Assembly (NCBI GenBank): GCA_043228905.1
Contig: JBHGNT010000016.1
Span: 10,168,001 to 10,232,000, forward strand
Direction: 5' to 3'
DNA: 64,000 bases
Origin: Azolla caroliniana
Taxonomy: Eukaryota > Plantae > Polypodiophyta
Shown piece by piece: positions 25,092 through 36,987 of this stretch. Within the stretch, counting starts at the first letter, position 1. Each line of letters begins with the position of its first letter. The translations under genes were made by a program, and so were the position numbers. Under the pieces are notes generated by a model. The model searched no databases and was not told where the DNA came from. It saw nothing but the letters and a program-made list of their open reading frames with translations.

Positions 25092-26630
25092 CCTTGTATA
25101 TTATTTAGTCATCAGACGCCGGTTCCCGGATGCCGTCATCTCACCGGCGCCGGATGTCGTTATCTCGTCGTCGCCGGTTGCCACAGGATACCGGTGCCGC
25201 CGTCGGATGTCGTCGGTTACCGGTGCCTCGCCGGATGCCGTCGTCTCACCGGCACCGGATGCCGTTACCTCGTCGTCGCCGGTTGCCGCAGGATACCGGA
25301 TGCCGTCGTCTCACCGTCATCGGATACCACTGGATACCGTCGCCGGATTGCCGCCGGATCGCCGGTGTCTCACTGGCGCTGGATGCCGCCGGATCATCGG
25401 CTTCATCGCCGGTCCGGTTTTGGTTGGCCAAAACCCTTTACGAGTAGCTAGCCCACCTCCACTCTTAGTTCAAGTTACCTTGAACTCTCTATGCTCCACA
25501 CATAGACACAAAGATAATATCTTTTGCTCTACCTTATATATAATGAGAGTCGTATTTGTCGTGCCTATGTGGGATATCTCACAATTTTCTCTTTTCCTTT
25601 CACAAACTTTATACCCTCATATCTTGACATTTAGTTGTCCGTTTCTCGTGTAATAAAGTGCATTCAAAACCTCCATCATTTTGTACTTAGATATTAAATT
25701 TATTTTAAATGTTATCTTCACAATTATTGTATTATGTGATTCATACTCGATTTTGTACGTTTTATGGGATTTTCACACTATTGCCGAAAATCTTCACGAC
25801 AACGTTTACCTTACATAAAGTTTGACTTTAGTTGCGTGGCCTCCACCTTTAGTTGCATGCCTTCCACATGACCTTTACTTTATGCATGGCCTCCACCTTT
25901 AGTTGCATTCCTTCCACATGACCTTTACTTTAGTTTACTTTACTTTATTTCAGCCGCATGATCCCATAATCCGTAAAGTTTGGCCCATGCTTTGATCCAT
26001 CCGGTCCACGTCCGGCCTCATCCGCCCAGTCCGGTTCTGGTTTGATCACCGGTTCCATCCGGTTGTTGGCTTCGTCCGGTTTCCGGTTGCCAGATCAGCC
26101 CGGTCGCCGGTTGCCGGATCCATCCAATTTCCGGTCGCCAACTCAATCCAGTTTCTGGTTGCCAGCTCTACACGGTCACCGGCTGCCGGATCCCTCTGTA
26201 CACCGGTTCCATCCAGTTGCTGGCTCCATCCGATTTTCAATACTATCACCAACCGGTTTGAGTTCCTTCACTGGCCGGTTTAAGTTTCATCACCAGCCGG
26301 TTCGAGCAACTTAGCCACATCCGGCGACATAGCCACATCTGTCCTTATAGACAAAAGTGGCACAAGCCCAACTATTTCTTTTGTACTCTTAACACATAGA
26401 TGAAAAATGATGGTTCTCAATCTGCTTATATAGCTGGCTCCTAAAGTTTCCTATCTATGTGACATATTTCTAAATTCTATTTTCCCTAAATTCTATTTTC
26501 TTTATCTTCTCAAACTTCATGTCCACCTAACTTGATATGTAGTTGTCCATTTTATATGTAGTAAAATGCGTTTTGAAACTCTTGAATACATCCATCTTTC
26601 TATAACAAGCCACTAATCTAATCTGAAATT

Positions 26631-29600
26631 CGTATAACGGTGTTAGCTCTTTGTTGGTTCCGGTTTGTGGATGTGTTGGTAGCCGTACTTTGGTTTTGCC
26701 TCGTTGGAACGCGTAAGTTCCGACCCGCACGAAAGGTATAACGATCTGGGTAATCACGTTCTTTTGCCAGTTTTGCTTAATGTGCGCCATCCGCAACCAT
26801 GGTCGTCCAAGTAATAGTGGGTAAGTCCCTTGGGTATTTAACTGGAGAACCACCACAGAAATGTGGAATGCATGTCCTCCAATTGTTACCTCCAAATCTC
26901 GTATTAAACCGGTGGGTCTTACTGAACTCGTATGTGCCATCCGGAGCCAAAACGGGCAAGGCTCCCACTCCTGGATTCCCAGGGTGTCACAAGTACGGAG
27001 GTTGATTACATTGACGCACGATCCTCCGTCGATGATCGTCCCTGGTAGCTCGCATCCTTTGACAATGGCAGTGATTGTGGGACTGCTTGTGTCCACCACC
27101 GCCAGCCCTTCCTCTGGGTTGGAAAAGAAAGCCGAAGCCGGCGACGAGTCTGGTGGTGTTATTGCTGATTTCAGCCCATCCGTGCCTCCTTTTGTTGTTT
27201 GACTTCGGCCGCATTCCGCTCATTCGCCTTCTTTACCCATTCGGTGGCCTGTTTCCGGATAGCCTCATCTACTTCCTACTCCGTCGTCTTTCCTTTTGAC
27301 CTGGTGGTGACTTGTTGTATATCCGCAACCTTTGCTACCACCATATTGACTGCCAATCGTGTTTTATTACTTTTAACCAGGCATTGGTTGTTGTAATGGC
27401 CCTTCTGCCAGCAATAATAACAATACACTTTCCGAGTATTGCTAGATTTTGCTTTTGGCCCGGTCCTTGGTTGAAATCATGTTGTCGGTCAATTAGGCTC
27501 TTCCGTACGTCTTTGTTATGGTTGGGTGCCACTCAAGCCTCTCTCCGGCTCTCGTGGGTATTCCTTCGCCGGTTCCTGACGCTCCTCCTTTCGGGTGTTT
27601 CGTTTCCTATTAAAACGTCGATGGTTCTTGTATCCCTATCGGCAGCGATCTTCGTAATCCCCACGTTGATCCTCTCTCCTCCGGTTGTAACTTGGAGAGT
27701 GATCACGATTAGAATGGTCACCATTATAATCCCGGTACCTATTGTACCGGTTCTGGTCATAATTGTCCCTTTTGTCATTGTATTGGACATCCTGTACTGG
27801 CCGGTAACGCTCGTCTCGATGCCAACGTTTTGCTTCCTCTTCCCAGTCGCTGCGGGTATCAATTTGTCTTAACGATGCCGCTTGTCGGTTCAGTAAGTTA
27901 TATTCGCATCAGTCCATTGTATGCGACCTGGAATGACATAACATGCACTGTGACCGCATGGTACATTCTATTGCCGAGTGCCCGACATTGAGACAACTCG
28001 TACATTGTATAGCTTACCGAAAACGTAGGTCTTCTTATGTCGGTAATGCATGATGGAGTGCCCCCATTGTTAGCCACGAGCTTGTTTTCTCCATCTCCCT
28101 GACCCGATCTATGACCTGGTCGATCGTGCTGGTGCGGAAATCAATGACTACGCACACCGTACGCAGGGGTTCCCGGAGTGCTGCTAGGAATATTGCTTTG
28201 GCCTCTGCTTCCGGTGGTGCCTGACTTAGCTGGTTGTGCATCTGTTAGAACCAGATTACGAATTGCTAAATGGTTTTTGTAGGTTCCTGCCGTATTGTTT
28301 AGAATAGGCCGACCATCTCTCGTTGATCCACCTCCTTGTTGAAGAATTGTAAAAATCTGGTTTTCAAGTCCTCAAATGTAGTGATGGTGCCAGGAAGGTG
28401 CGTCAAGCGCCATCGCATGGCTGGTCCTTCCAAAGTCATGCCGAACTCGGCAATCTTCGATAGTTCTGCTTCGACAGCGTTTAAGCGTTGCAACACATGG
28501 TTTGCTTCCCATGTTTGTAGAAATGCATACACATGGGCTTCCACGTCCGGATCATCCCGGTACCTAGGATATTGGAACGGCATATCGTCGTCTGGTGTCA
28601 AAATTCGAGCTGGTGGTGACAGAGGTCTCTCCTCCTCTTCTGGTGGAGGCGATGTTGGAGGTCTTTCCTTCTCTTTTTTTGGCGTTGAAGATCTTCCCTC
28701 CTCCTTTAGAGGCTCGCGTGGCGGTATCGTAGGTTGATCCGCCTCGTGCCTTCCTGAAGCTTCCAGTTTTGTTATCGTTGGATCTGGTGTCGGTATATTA
28801 TCGGATTCCTCGTCCTCTGGTCCATCTGGGGTGTCGTGACTCCTGTAGTAATTCGAATGTGCGCTATATTCATCATTTGAATCTGATTCAAACGCCGAAA
28901 ATGGTTCCGAATCGTCTTCTCCTGCTGCTAATGCCTGCAAGATGGATTTCGCTTCCTTCAGACTACTTAAACTGTTTCCTTTGTCTGGATGGGAATTTTG
29001 CTGCAACCGGAGTGACTCCATGGCCACTTGCCAGATCACCTTTGAAAAGGATCAATCTGCGTAGATTTCTTTTGCCACTTACTAGTACGCTTCGCGCTTC
29101 CACAGTCTTTCGGCGAGTCGTCTCGCTCGCTCCGTTGCTGGGTCGTTTGGTCTAGTCATCCATGCCCCCCGTTGTTCACTACGCTTGAGCAGGAATTGTG
29201 GTCGCCAAAAACTGTGTTATTCCTTGGGGCAGGACGAGCCCTAATATAGGGTGTCCCTCTAAGACACTTCACCAAAGGATGGTGCAAGTGGGGTAGGCGT
29301 AGACCGTGATACAACGTATTCCTAAGCAGCTACTAACCGGCATGATTAAGGATCGTAATACACGCATAAGATAGATTCTATTAAGCACAGAACGGTAATT
29401 AACTTAAAGCTTCAAAGATTAAACAAGATGTAGACAACAACACTTTCATTAATAAACCGCTATCTGATTACAATCTAATCGGGTCCTTTTATAGGTTACC
29501 GGCTCTGGGTACAAACCGGTGCCAACCGGCAACCAGCTACAAACCACTTTGGATCCGGATCGACATACCGATACCGGGTCCGTCCGTTCGCTTCTCAAAA

Positions 29601-29885
29601 TATATTAGTTATAGATAGTTCTAAAATAATTATCCCTTTCCCATTCTGGACTTTATCCGGCTTTTAAGTCTTTGCCGGTCAACAGTTTCTGGCCCTTCTG
29701 GCCGCTCTTTCCGCTGTCTAACCCATCTAGCCATGTCTATCCGGTCCATCTCCATATGTCTCTGTCGCCGGCCTTGTCGGCCCTATTCGGCCGTCTGTTT
29801 TGGCTGAGGTCCGTCGCTTGGTTGCTCTGTTCAGTCGTCATCCGGTTGTCATTCGGCGGTCACCCGTACATCTCGTACGGTAACA
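26631..29885 (-). mobile_element. Element F: 3'-truncated gypsy (Tat/Ogre-like features) with 5' LTR 29215-29885, gag and protease
   Basis: LTR TGTTACC...ATAACA. PBS TGGCGACCACA at 29197-29207 is compatible with tRNA-Arg. gag ORFs at 28035-29039, protease IIDGGSCVN...LLGRPWL (26527-27099). Breaks off near 26630. Confidence 0.8.
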
Positions 29886-29911
29886 AGACACAGAGAGAGA
29901 GAGAGAGAGAG

Positions 29912-30690
29912 ATTATATTATCGTCTTCGGAGGTCAAATATGACTTATGAGACCAAAAATATTACATTTCACGTGATACGTGTGAAAGTGAGTAGTGACT
30001 CTCGATGTTCAAGAACTTTACCAATGAATGTCGCAATCGAGAGTGCACATTGTGGTTGTGAGAGGAATTCATGCAAAGATTGGGCTCAATCGAAGAGATG
30101 TGGAAAGCATGGTCGAATATGATCAAAGGCAGAGCATTGTATCAAAGTGTGATACTCAGACTCGCGAACTTGTTTAGGGCAAAGTGTGCATAGCCGACCA
30201 CTCTCAACACGTGTGCCCCAACGCCCTGTTTCACATCGCAATGCATGTGAGCTAAGTCGCATGGAAGCAATGGTTCAAATGGCAGATAACGGTATGGGCT
30301 CTAACATGTATGGATGTGTACGATTTCCCCGTTCCGCAAAGAATATGGTTTTGTAGTTAGGTGCAACATGTGTAGTATAATGTGTGAAGCGTGAGCCTCC
30401 ACATTTGTCCCATGTCATGATACATTGGCGTTTCAAGAATGCCTCATTTACAGAGGAATCTAATGATGCATCATGAATCAAGTGTCTCGCATCCCATCTA
30501 CCAAACCATTTTTCTATATCTTGCATCCAACTGGAACACAAAACTTTGCTTTTATGTGTCTTTTGGATCTTTTTGCTTGCTTCCCACGCAATTCTAGGAA
30601 GTCGATGTGAGGGACTTTTTTGAACCTTAAGCATGTATTCAACAACCCTTTCCATGGCCATGATATCAATGGGAAGCGATCCCATCTCAA
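29912..30690 (-). mobile_element. 5'-truncated LINE 3' fragment (RTEX/L2-like C-terminus)
   Basis: Minus strand gives HRLPRIAW...SWMQDI, then MRLSSHALRCETGRW...RLCTLCPKQVRESEYHTLIQCSAFDHIR (C-terminal CCHC finger of non-LTR ORF2). Ends TAATATAAT then (CT)n. Confidence 0.7.
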
Positions 30691-30728
30691 GGAGGAGGAG
30701 GGTGAGAGAGAGAGAGAGAGAGAGAGAG

Positions 30729-33700
30729 AAGGGAAGTAGAGAAAGAGAGAGAGAAGGAAAAAGAAGAAGAAGAAGAACAGAGACAAAGGCAGAGAGAAGA
30801 AGGAAGAGGAGGGAAGTAGAGAAGAGTTTCACCAACATAATTTCGAGAGGAAGAGGTGGAAGCACGATCACATCAACATAATTTGGAGAGGAAAAGGAGG
30901 AGGCACAACTACATCAACATAATTTCGAGAGGAAGAGGTGGAGGCACGATCACATCAACATTATTTGGAGCGGAAAAGGAGGAGGCACAACTACATCAAC
31001 ATAATTTCGAGAGTGTTGCAACATTTCTCTTCTACCAACAATTCGGATGTCATATTGTCGATTCCAGGTTAATTATCATCCTACTATTTTTCTTTTTGTT
31101 CTAATTAGAACATAGAATCTATGGAAGAGATGGATACATGTATAAATACAGCGCCAAAGGGAAGAAGGAGAAGATGATGTTATTGTGAAGAAACAAAAGA
31201 TTAGAACTAATAATATGCATGAGGATATAGATATGTTATCAAAACCATCCTATGCACATGTTATGGGAGAAGGTGAGGAGAAGAGGAATGATCATTACTG
31301 GGAAGTGATGCATGTAGTTGCCAATGAAGCTCTCCATGAGATTTTACCAGATGATATAGAGATGGTGGCCAACATAGAAGAGGATGAGATCGTAGAGGTG
31401 GAGATGCCACGTAGGGAAATTTTAAAGGTGTTTTCCATGTTTCATGAGAGAGGAATTATTTGCTTCTTTACGAGAAAAAATCCTTTGGTACATTGGGTGG
31501 CTCAATAGTTAAATGCAATGGTAAGTAGGACCAGCGTGGAAGATGTGTATAAAGGTCCGCGAGGTTTTTTTGTGGTGGTGTTTCAAACCGAAGAACAATG
31601 AGATAGATTATTATCACGTGTGCCGGTCTTTTATAATAGTAATTTAGTGTATATTGTCCCTTGGCGACTGCTAGCTGAATTTCAAGAAATTTTAAAACAA
31701 GAGTGTCCAATATGGGTGGAAGTAGAGTGTAAATTTTCTTTTTTGTGGCCTATAATTCAAGGTGTAATGGAACAATTGGGAAAGGTGATAGTAGCCCCAA
31801 ATGCCAAAGAATATAATAGATATAAGTTATGTATGTTGTGGAATACAACTAAAAAGAGACCTTTGTGGCTAAACATAAAAACTGAGGAGATGAGATCATT
31901 CCATTGCCAATTGCATTGGGGATAACTTGCCGGTCATTGCTTCCGAGGTGGTGGTTTGGGTCATTTCATGGCAGAATGTCCACAAACACCGGTAGTAGAG
32001 ATGACTAATACCTCCCATAGTGATGTGTTAATTCCAGAGTATGTCACAAAGGACGATGAGGTGCCAAAAACTAAGGAACCAAATGTTGACAAAGGTAAAG
32101 GTGCCGCTATTTTGGAACAAGACAAGACTTAAAAGATGATGATGGGTCTTGGATTAAGGTGGCCTCTAAGGTCAATCATCCAAGGCACCAAAAAGAGAAT
32201 GTTCATGAACATTATGGCCAAGAGAGGGGTAGCTCCTCTAAAGATCCTATGGGGCTGTCTTATGCACCTAATTATGATCAATTGAGAAGAGGGTCAAAAC
32301 CGTGGCAAGGTTCACTATATCAACAATCTAATCAAGGGACAAAACCTTTCAGCCTTAGATTTGATAAGAATGGTAAAATCAATCTACCATTACACAAACA
32401 AAATTGGAAAAGAAATAGTTTGCGGGGTACAATGATATCCACCGATAGACATCAAGCATATGTGCAAAATGCATTTGTAGTTTTAAGTGATTATTTTGGG
32501 GATATACCCAACATATTGGCACAATGGGAACGTGAACATGCCAACAAACATCCTAATTAGTGATTGATGAAAATAGTCACATGGAATGTAAGGGGAATTT
32601 GTTCTTCGTCTAAGCAACATAGTATGTGGAAAATGTGGAAAACTATTTTTATTAGTCAATGGGATGTATTATGTGTAGTAGAACATAAGGAGCATGCTAG
32701 GTCTAGGGACTCTTCTCTTCAGTATAAGCAATATCATGTGTTTTATGCTGGGGTCACTAGAGGGTTGTATTCAGGCATAATGCTTATTGTAAGGGACAAC
32801 TTAAAACCAATAGTGGTTCAAAGAGATCTTCATGGTCGGTTCTTGGTGGTTGAAGTTAATTATGAAGGGAATAAGATTTGGGTGGTAGGTATTTATGCAC
32901 CAAATGTTGCGGGACAATGTATCAATCTGTGGAGAGCTTTACATCAAGTTTTACACCATGGAAGAGCAGGTTTTTTGTTAGGTGATTTTAACATGTGTTC
33001 AGAGGTGGGTCAATCTACTTCGATGCATGGCCTCATTGATGCACCTGAACGAGAGGTTTGGGATTTGTTTATGATGGAGGTCTTAAGGTATGATGCATGG
33101 ACTTGGATTAATGGACATGAGGTTGGTTATACTTTTCAATCTGCACAATATAGATCGACAATATTCAATCTACATTATGCATGATGAGACATTTTTGCCA
33201 TCGCTTATGACTATGCAAGTTTATAGGGGGATTGGATTATCATATCACTTCCCGATTGTGTTGGACTACACACATCAAACTATGGATGATTTTAGATCTT
33301 TATTGGGAAAACCACCATTGCGGTTTACTTCATCTTTTCTTGGACATAATAACTTTAAACATGCTATGGGACAATTGGTGCAAGAGTTAACTAGACAAGT
33401 CAATGTTCATGGTCTTTCATCAAGGGATGTTTGTCTCTCTAATATTCAACGCTTTACACGATATTATGGAATTCATCAAGCTTCCATCCGTAAACAAAAG
33501 ATGAGTTTAATCCAACAATTTCTAGACAGATGTAATGCATTGTTGGTGAAATGTCCATTTGATGATGTGTTGTTGGATATTCAAGAGGCATTGTCACATG
33601 CTTTACAAGTGTTAGAGGTTTGTAGTTATCAACAATCACGGGTGATGGTTATGAAAAGTGAAGTACATTATCACAATTGTCATTCACATAAGTTTTTCCA

Positions 33701-36620
33701 TGGGTTGCATGTATCTCATGCTAGGATGAATGTGGTATGCGTAGAGATTGATGGAACTTTAAATACAAACCCACAAGTGATTATTGATGAGTGTGTTAAG
33801 AATTTTAAGAATCTTTTTGGGCAAGAAGGTAATCTAAATGATGACATAACACAAACGAGATCAATGTTCTTTAACTCAGTTACAACGATTGGTGGGCAAC
33901 ATGACATGTGGACCATGGAGGAGGATATACAAGAGGAGGAGGTCGAATATGTATTGTCACATCTCTCAGTTGATAAAAGGCTGGGTTGGGATGGCATTAC
34001 AAATGAGTTTTTTAAAGCATTTGTACAAGAACTCAAAGGTCCTCTAACAATGTTATTCCAAGAAGTGTGGAGTTCTGGTAAAATGCCTGATTCATGGAAA
34101 ATAGGCCTCGTTAAGCTTATACCAAAAGTGGCATCTCCTATGTCTTTTGCTCAATGGAGACCAATATCATTAATGGGTGGGGTGTATAAGATTTTGCCAA
34201 AGTAATTGCAAATAGACTTCAAAAGGTATTGTCGTCTGTGGTTCATCCAATGCAATATGGGTTTATTAAAGGAAGGGATATCTTGCATAATATTTTGAAT
34301 GTGCAAATGGCAGTGCATTATGCAAAAGAATCCAAACACCAAATTGTAATGATACAACTAGATATCGAGAAGGCATGTGATCATGTAAGTTGGTCTTTTA
34401 TTAATCAACTCTTGTCCCATATGGGTTTTGGGGAAAGGATGTCACGCATCCCCTTGTTGGTGAGATTAGGTGTAGTGTCACACATTATGTTAAATGGTGG
34501 AGTAACTAAAGCAATACCATTGGCAAGATCACTTCGACAAGGATGCCCATTGAGTCCATTGTTATTTGCAATTGATACACACCCGATTTTGGTGAAGATG
34601 CATGAGTTGGCAACATGTGGGGAAATAGTTGGACTAGCTCTGCCATCAGGAAAACAATTGATAGCACAAGCATTGGTCGATGATTTGTTCTTATTTCTCA
34701 AAGCGGTACCTGATAATATAGAAAAATCCATGGAGGTGTGGAATATGTTTGCATTGGCATCAGGAAATAGTTGGACTAGCTCTGCCATCAGGAAAACATT
34801 TGATAGCACAAGCATTGGCCGATGATTTGTTCTTATTTCTCAAAGCAATACCTGATAATATAGCAAAAGCGATGGAGGTGTGGAATATGTTTGCATTGGC
34901 GTCAGGATTACATATAAATATGCGAAAGTTGATGCTCATTAGATGCACTGAGAGTGATTTGGTGGATCTTGGATGATGTGGCAAAATATTGGATCAAGGC
35001 AATGTGTGTCAGCACTTACGTTACCCTATTGGTGTTGATATCTCAATGTCTCAAAGTTTGAATTGGATATCGGGGACCATTTTAGAAAAATTTATGTATT
35101 GGAAGTCTCAAGCATGTCCATTTAGTACTCGTCTCAAAGTGGTACAAGCTATAATGATTCCAATGATTTCTTATTTTTTGCCATTATTACCTTGGACAAA
35201 GAAATCACTTGATCAATTAGCTCGTTCACTTAAATATACATTGTGGAAGAAAGAATCAAGATTGGGTATGAGTTGGGTATCATGGAACAATATTTGTACT
35301 CCAAAACGGTTAGGGGGAGTCGCATTACTAAATTTGGAGGATCATATGGTGGCTCGAAGATTCAATCTGTTGAAAGGTATGTGCATAGGTACCCAACCTT
35401 GGGCAGAAATAATTCATTATTTTGTGGAAAAGGTTGGTATATACCATGGGCAAACCATAATTAGAACATCGTGGTGGCATGTTGTTAATAATACCCGTGC
35501 ATTTAAATGTTCAGAATCTATTATGGTCCAGCAATTAGTGCTTTCTTGGCAGCGATGCTTGGAATTATTTCATTGGAGCCCCCCTGAGTGTAGAAAAGAT
35601 ACTAATTCCTTGGCAGTAGAGGTATTGGCATCTTCAAGGCTACTACATTGGGATGGAAAAGAAAGCCTAAATACGTAGTTTAATCGAATGGCCAGGCTGG
35701 GATTGGTAACGATGGAAGATGGTATATTACAGTCATATAGGAAAATGATGGCCTTTAGGACAGTTAGAAATAAGTTTCATATACCACGGGGATATGGATA
35801 CATTTGGGAATCAATATTGGCATTGCCTAGATTAGTTTTCCCGATTCCAATTTTGTTGGTTGCAGACCCATGGAAAGATTGGTCGTTTGGTATTGGACAA
35901 TCAATTTTTGTGGTGAACACTAATGATGTATACCATAAGTTGGTTGAAGATAGAGCTTGATTAGCAACCAAGGTTGCAAACACATGGTATATTACTGGAC
36001 ATGCAAAGTTGTGGACTAGAGTTTTGGATGTAGGATGGCAGTCACATCTTCCGTTTCATGCTAAGGTGTTTCTTTGGCGTGTGATTGTTGGTGGGTTGCC
36101 TTTGGCGATCACTTTAAAACGACGAAATATTTCAAATGGGACATGCTTTTTTTGCATGGTGGTTGAGGAAGATGCCAAACATAGGTTCATTACATGTCTA
36201 GTTGCTAAAGCCATTTGGGTGGTTATATCACAAATTTGGGCATCGATAACAGGCAATATTTTGCCACCTTTTAACTAGGATTTTATTGATGATGATAAAG
36301 GCATGTCTGCACCATCATATAAGGTTGTGTTTGATTACCTTAGGTATTGGGGGATGTGGTTTAATTGGACCATGAGAAATAGGTTCTTGTTTGATGGACT
36401 TCATTGGGTAACACAACAACTTCGTAGGATGAAAGGGAAATTGAAGTGGCAATTTTCGCAACTATGTTGTTTAGGGACATTGTCCCGAGAGGAGATAGAG
36501 GTATGCCATCTATTTTTGCAACACTTGAGAAGGTTTCCCATGCATTATCACTACTCATGATGTAGTGAAGGTAGCAAGGGTTGTATTATCATCTTGTTTT
36601 AATAAAAAAACATTGATTTA
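30729..36620 (+). mobile_element. Full-length decayed L1/Tx1-like LINE
   Basis: Purine-rich 5' UTR. ORF1 about 31121-32560 with knuckle CFRGGGLGHFMAEC. ORF2 about 32567-36560: APE (IVTWNVRG, IYAP, LGDFN), RT (GWDG, WRPISL, QYGF, LDIEKA, RQGCPLSPLLF, LADD), zf-RVT (CFFC...H...C). AATAAA at 36601. (GA)n on both sides. Confidence 0.92.
30833..31013 (+). repeat. About 4.4 copies of a 41-bp unit (82-bp A/B higher-order repeat) in the LINE 5' UTR
   Basis: CAACATAATTTCGAGAGGAAGAGGTGGAAGCACGATCACAT alternates with CAACATAATTTGGAGAGGAAAAGGAGGAGGCACAACTACAT. Confidence 0.92.
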
Positions 36621-36825
36621 CGAAAAGAGAGAAAGAGAGAGAGAGAGCTCTAAAACAACGAACTATATTTTACGTCCAATTGTAAATAGATTACAAGAGG
36701 TTGGTTTAAATACCAACAGATCTAGGGCAAGTGCCCTTTCTACTAATAACAAATCTAGCCTAGTATGATGTCCACTAGCTAGTGTGAACACAGTCTCTAT
36801 GGGAAGTTGAGTTTGATTCTCAACA
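36621..36825 (-). mobile_element. Displaced, inverted 5' part of the element H 5' LTR
   Basis: Reverse complement TGTTGAGAATCAAACTCAACTTCCCATAGAGAC... matches 50223-50353 plus 56101-56160. Flank CTTAC (36826-36830) is the reverse complement of GTAAG at 56211-56215. Confidence 0.88.
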
Positions 36826-36987
36826 CTTACACACCCATGCAAAATGGAGTGGTAGAACAAATCAACCAAACAATCCAGGAGAGGGTGATGGGCATGCTCC
36901 AGTAAGTCAGACTAAACCTGGAGTTCTCGACTGAGGCATTGCAGACGACAATATACCTAGTAAATCTATCACCGTCGAAAGCAATCA
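36826..36987 (+). pseudogene. int: Copia integrase fragment, the displaced continuation of element K
   Basis: Reads (P)YTPMQNGVVEQINQTIQERV...EALQTTIYLVNLSPSKAI, continuing KGIRHQKTVPY from 56211-56245 (-). Confidence 0.85.

Larger units (their letters stand above)
17557..25801 (-). mobile_element. Element E: full-length decayed tRNA-Trp-primed Ty3/gypsy without chromodomain; 5' LTR 24570-25801, 3' LTR 17557-18777
   Basis: LTR pair with 12-bp terminal inverted repeat TGTCGTGAAGAT...ATCTTCACGACA, 18-nt tRNA-Trp PBS at 24544-24561, PPT at 18778-18792. Order is gag (CVWCDSMDHMRRDC), PR (LIDHGSE), RT (FLDD), RNase H (VDTS, ETDC), INT (H..H..CETC, DDE, GPY/F-like motif). Confidence 0.95.
3553..26630 (-). 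mobile_element. Element B: non-autonomous tRNA-Trp-primed gypsy derivative (gag-like only); 3' LTR part about 3553-4000, internal 4001-5885, 5' LTR split into 5886-6310, 17472-17556 and 25802-26630 by nested elements C and E
   Basis: PBS TTCACGTCGGGTTCACCA at 5864-5881 matches the 3' end of plant tRNA-Trp. PPT at 4001-4015. ORF 5570-5791 (VEFECRFEKLS...FVKSIDRKER) resembles gag of elements E, G and J. 3680-3950 aligns with 26330-26630. No pol seen. Confidence 0.7.

Noticed and set aside
26706-26750. Short in-frame insertion after the F protease (QIVIPFVRVGTYA)
   Set aside because: No second copy is available in the window for comparison, so insertion status cannot be supported.
30275-30871. 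198-aa ORF with a hydrophobic, signal-peptide-like N-terminus
   Set aside because: The N-terminus is translated (CT)n/pyrimidine tract antisense to the L1 5' UTR, fused by chance to a LINE fragment.
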